Below, in pieces: positions 62,347-64,000 of a stretch of DNA of 64,000 bases (the stretch's first letter is position 1; each line of letters starts with the position of its first letter). A program made the position numbers and the translations under genes. This DNA comes from Mustelus asterias (lineage: Eukaryota). The notes below the pieces were generated by a model. The model saw only the letters and a list, made by a program, of their open reading frames with translations. It made no database searches and was not told the DNA's origin. Location of the stretch: contig NC_135808.1 in the NCBI RefSeq assembly GCF_964213995.1, forward strand, positions 50,468,001-50,532,000, given 5' to 3'.

Positions 62347-64000
62347 TGAAGTCGGGAATGGGTTAATGAACTTCAATACTCGAAGTGTCACAGTGACCTC
62401 TGTGATATTTAGAGCTTGTGTGAGAAATACTGTAGAACTCATGTTTACGTTAGGGCTTCCATGCTCATGTTTCCAGAACAGATAAGAGCACAGCTGTTGT
62501 ATGTATTTCTGTTCAAGAATGTGGCTAATCCGCCATTTTGTATTCTTTAATTATGTATTGCTGTGTAACAATGGATGCCTATATCTCTGCCTTTTGTGAC
62601 GTATTATGATACCTTCATATATATTCATCATAACCTGTACCGATATACATTATACAAGTACCTACGAACGTATATAAATTGTTGTATGCCAATTAACTTG
62701 TTTGTGCAAAGACTGTAACTTTGTACATTAGTAAGATACCCCACCTGTGCTCACAGAGAACAACAACACTCACGGCCTTGGGATAACCGTGAAGAAAACA
62801 CCAAGGCAGCAAGGTTCACACAGGAAGATGTGCAACCGCCTGGGAACCTGTGAGCCTGGGAAACTGCGGACTTGCAAGGTGGGGCATAAATGTATGTGTT
62901 TAGCCTGTATTTGCTGAGACATCTGAGGCCATGTTAGGCATCGGACGGTCTCCCACAATTGTGCAAATAAACCAATGTATTTTGACCTACGAATAGACTC
63001 AGAGGTATCTTTACCTGCGACGAATGGTGCCGAAACCCGGGACTGTTTATGGGACCAGTCGAATGGCCACGAATGGGAGACCGGAATAGTTACTGAACTT
63101 GATGAAGTGGGTCAAAATACATTGGGTGACCATCTGTGATGAGAGAGTGTCTGAACTGATGAAAGACGTCTGAACTGAGCACATACGGACAAGGAGGCAA
63201 TTGGCTCTGACACCCTGCCGTAAACTGACTGTTAAGAGCAGGAATCTCCCACACTGATGTTCGGATTTGAAATGGGTGTCAGGGTTGCCTGAGGTGTGAT
63301 GTTCAGACGTGAGTGATGAGTGATAGATAGAGACTGTCTGAGTGGTCCCGGAGTGGAAGGAAAAGCCTTCATGTGAAAGCCAGCTGAATAAAAATATTGT
63401 GTAAGTGGTGGTACGGAGGGATCTGATCACCCCTGACAGGTATCACCGAACTCAGATAAGAGAAACCTGGGAGGGAGAGAGCGAGAAAGGAGATGAGAAG
63501 ACTCCAAGGTGGTGAGTATGACCTTATCAATGATATGGCGGGACAAGGACAGTGGGGCCCGGGGTCCCTGATACCTGAATATATAATTAAGAGGGACAAA
63601 CTCATTAAACAGATGATAAAAGAGGGATCGGATTTAGACCACCCGCTAGACCAATAATGAAAGTGGTTGGAAAAAGAAAAGAAAGATAGAACTAAGAAAA
63701 TTGGGGTTCTCTTAGTTCACCAATTGGCTGGATTAATTGGACAGGTCTCAGTCTCGAGTAAGAAATGGGCTGACGACAAAGCAAAAATTAAAATGTTGGA
63801 AACACGCGATAGCAAATTAGAGAAGCGGAACCAACTTTTAGAGGACCCTGCCGGGGGATTCTTGCTTCCCTATGGGCCGGCCGTACAACCCACGGCACCA
63901 GTGGGAGACCCTGATGAGGAAGAGGTCCATGATCTCGCTCCCATAACTCGGACCGGGACGTTACAGCATCCCACTGCCCGATATAAACCCTTTACCCCAG
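62347..64000 (+). mobile_element. 5' end of an endogenous retrovirus-like element (LTR, PBS-Phe, leader, gag), cut by the window edge
   Basis: TATA 62671, AATAAA 62966, PBS 63025-63042, donor GGTGAGT ~63511, Gag-like frame from 63535 with PTAP. LTR start is approximate. Confidence 0.78.
63025..63042 (+). promoter_or_regulatory. Primer-binding site complementary to tRNA-Phe
   Basis: TGGTGCCGAAACCCGGGA, the complement of the vertebrate tRNA-Phe 3' 18 nt. Confidence 0.9.

Overview
Eukaryotic, repeat-rich DNA from a cartilaginous fish (shark; inferred from HE1-type SINEs, CR1/HER1-type LINEs and an NS4-like Ig light chain). The main feature is a head-to-head inverted duplication (left arm 1..~18806, probably continuing past the window edge; right arm ~34040..48798; ~15 kb unique spacer) carrying two kappa-type (type III/NS4-like) Ig light-chain clusters. 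Cluster A (minus strand) is complete and unrearranged: promoter, leader, V with 12-RSS, 23-RSS with J, and C. Cluster B (plus strand) keeps the promoter, leader, 23-RSS, J and an open C exon, but a ~396-bp deletion has removed the V exon and its RSS. This gives one V and two J-C units in a geometry that allows deletional (V-A to J-A) or inversional (V-A to J-B) joining. Cluster B could also splice leader to C in frame. Other content: three minisatellite families; many LINE, SINE and Penelope-like insertions (one with hammerhead-ribozyme motifs); a full-length Ty3/Gypsy element whose PBS position is complementary to its own LTR; a degraded Gypsy; a degraded retrovirus-like remnant; and the 5' end of a tRNA-Phe-primed ERV at the right edge. 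A 314-N gap lies between V and J of cluster A. Repeat boundaries and identities were estimated by eye.
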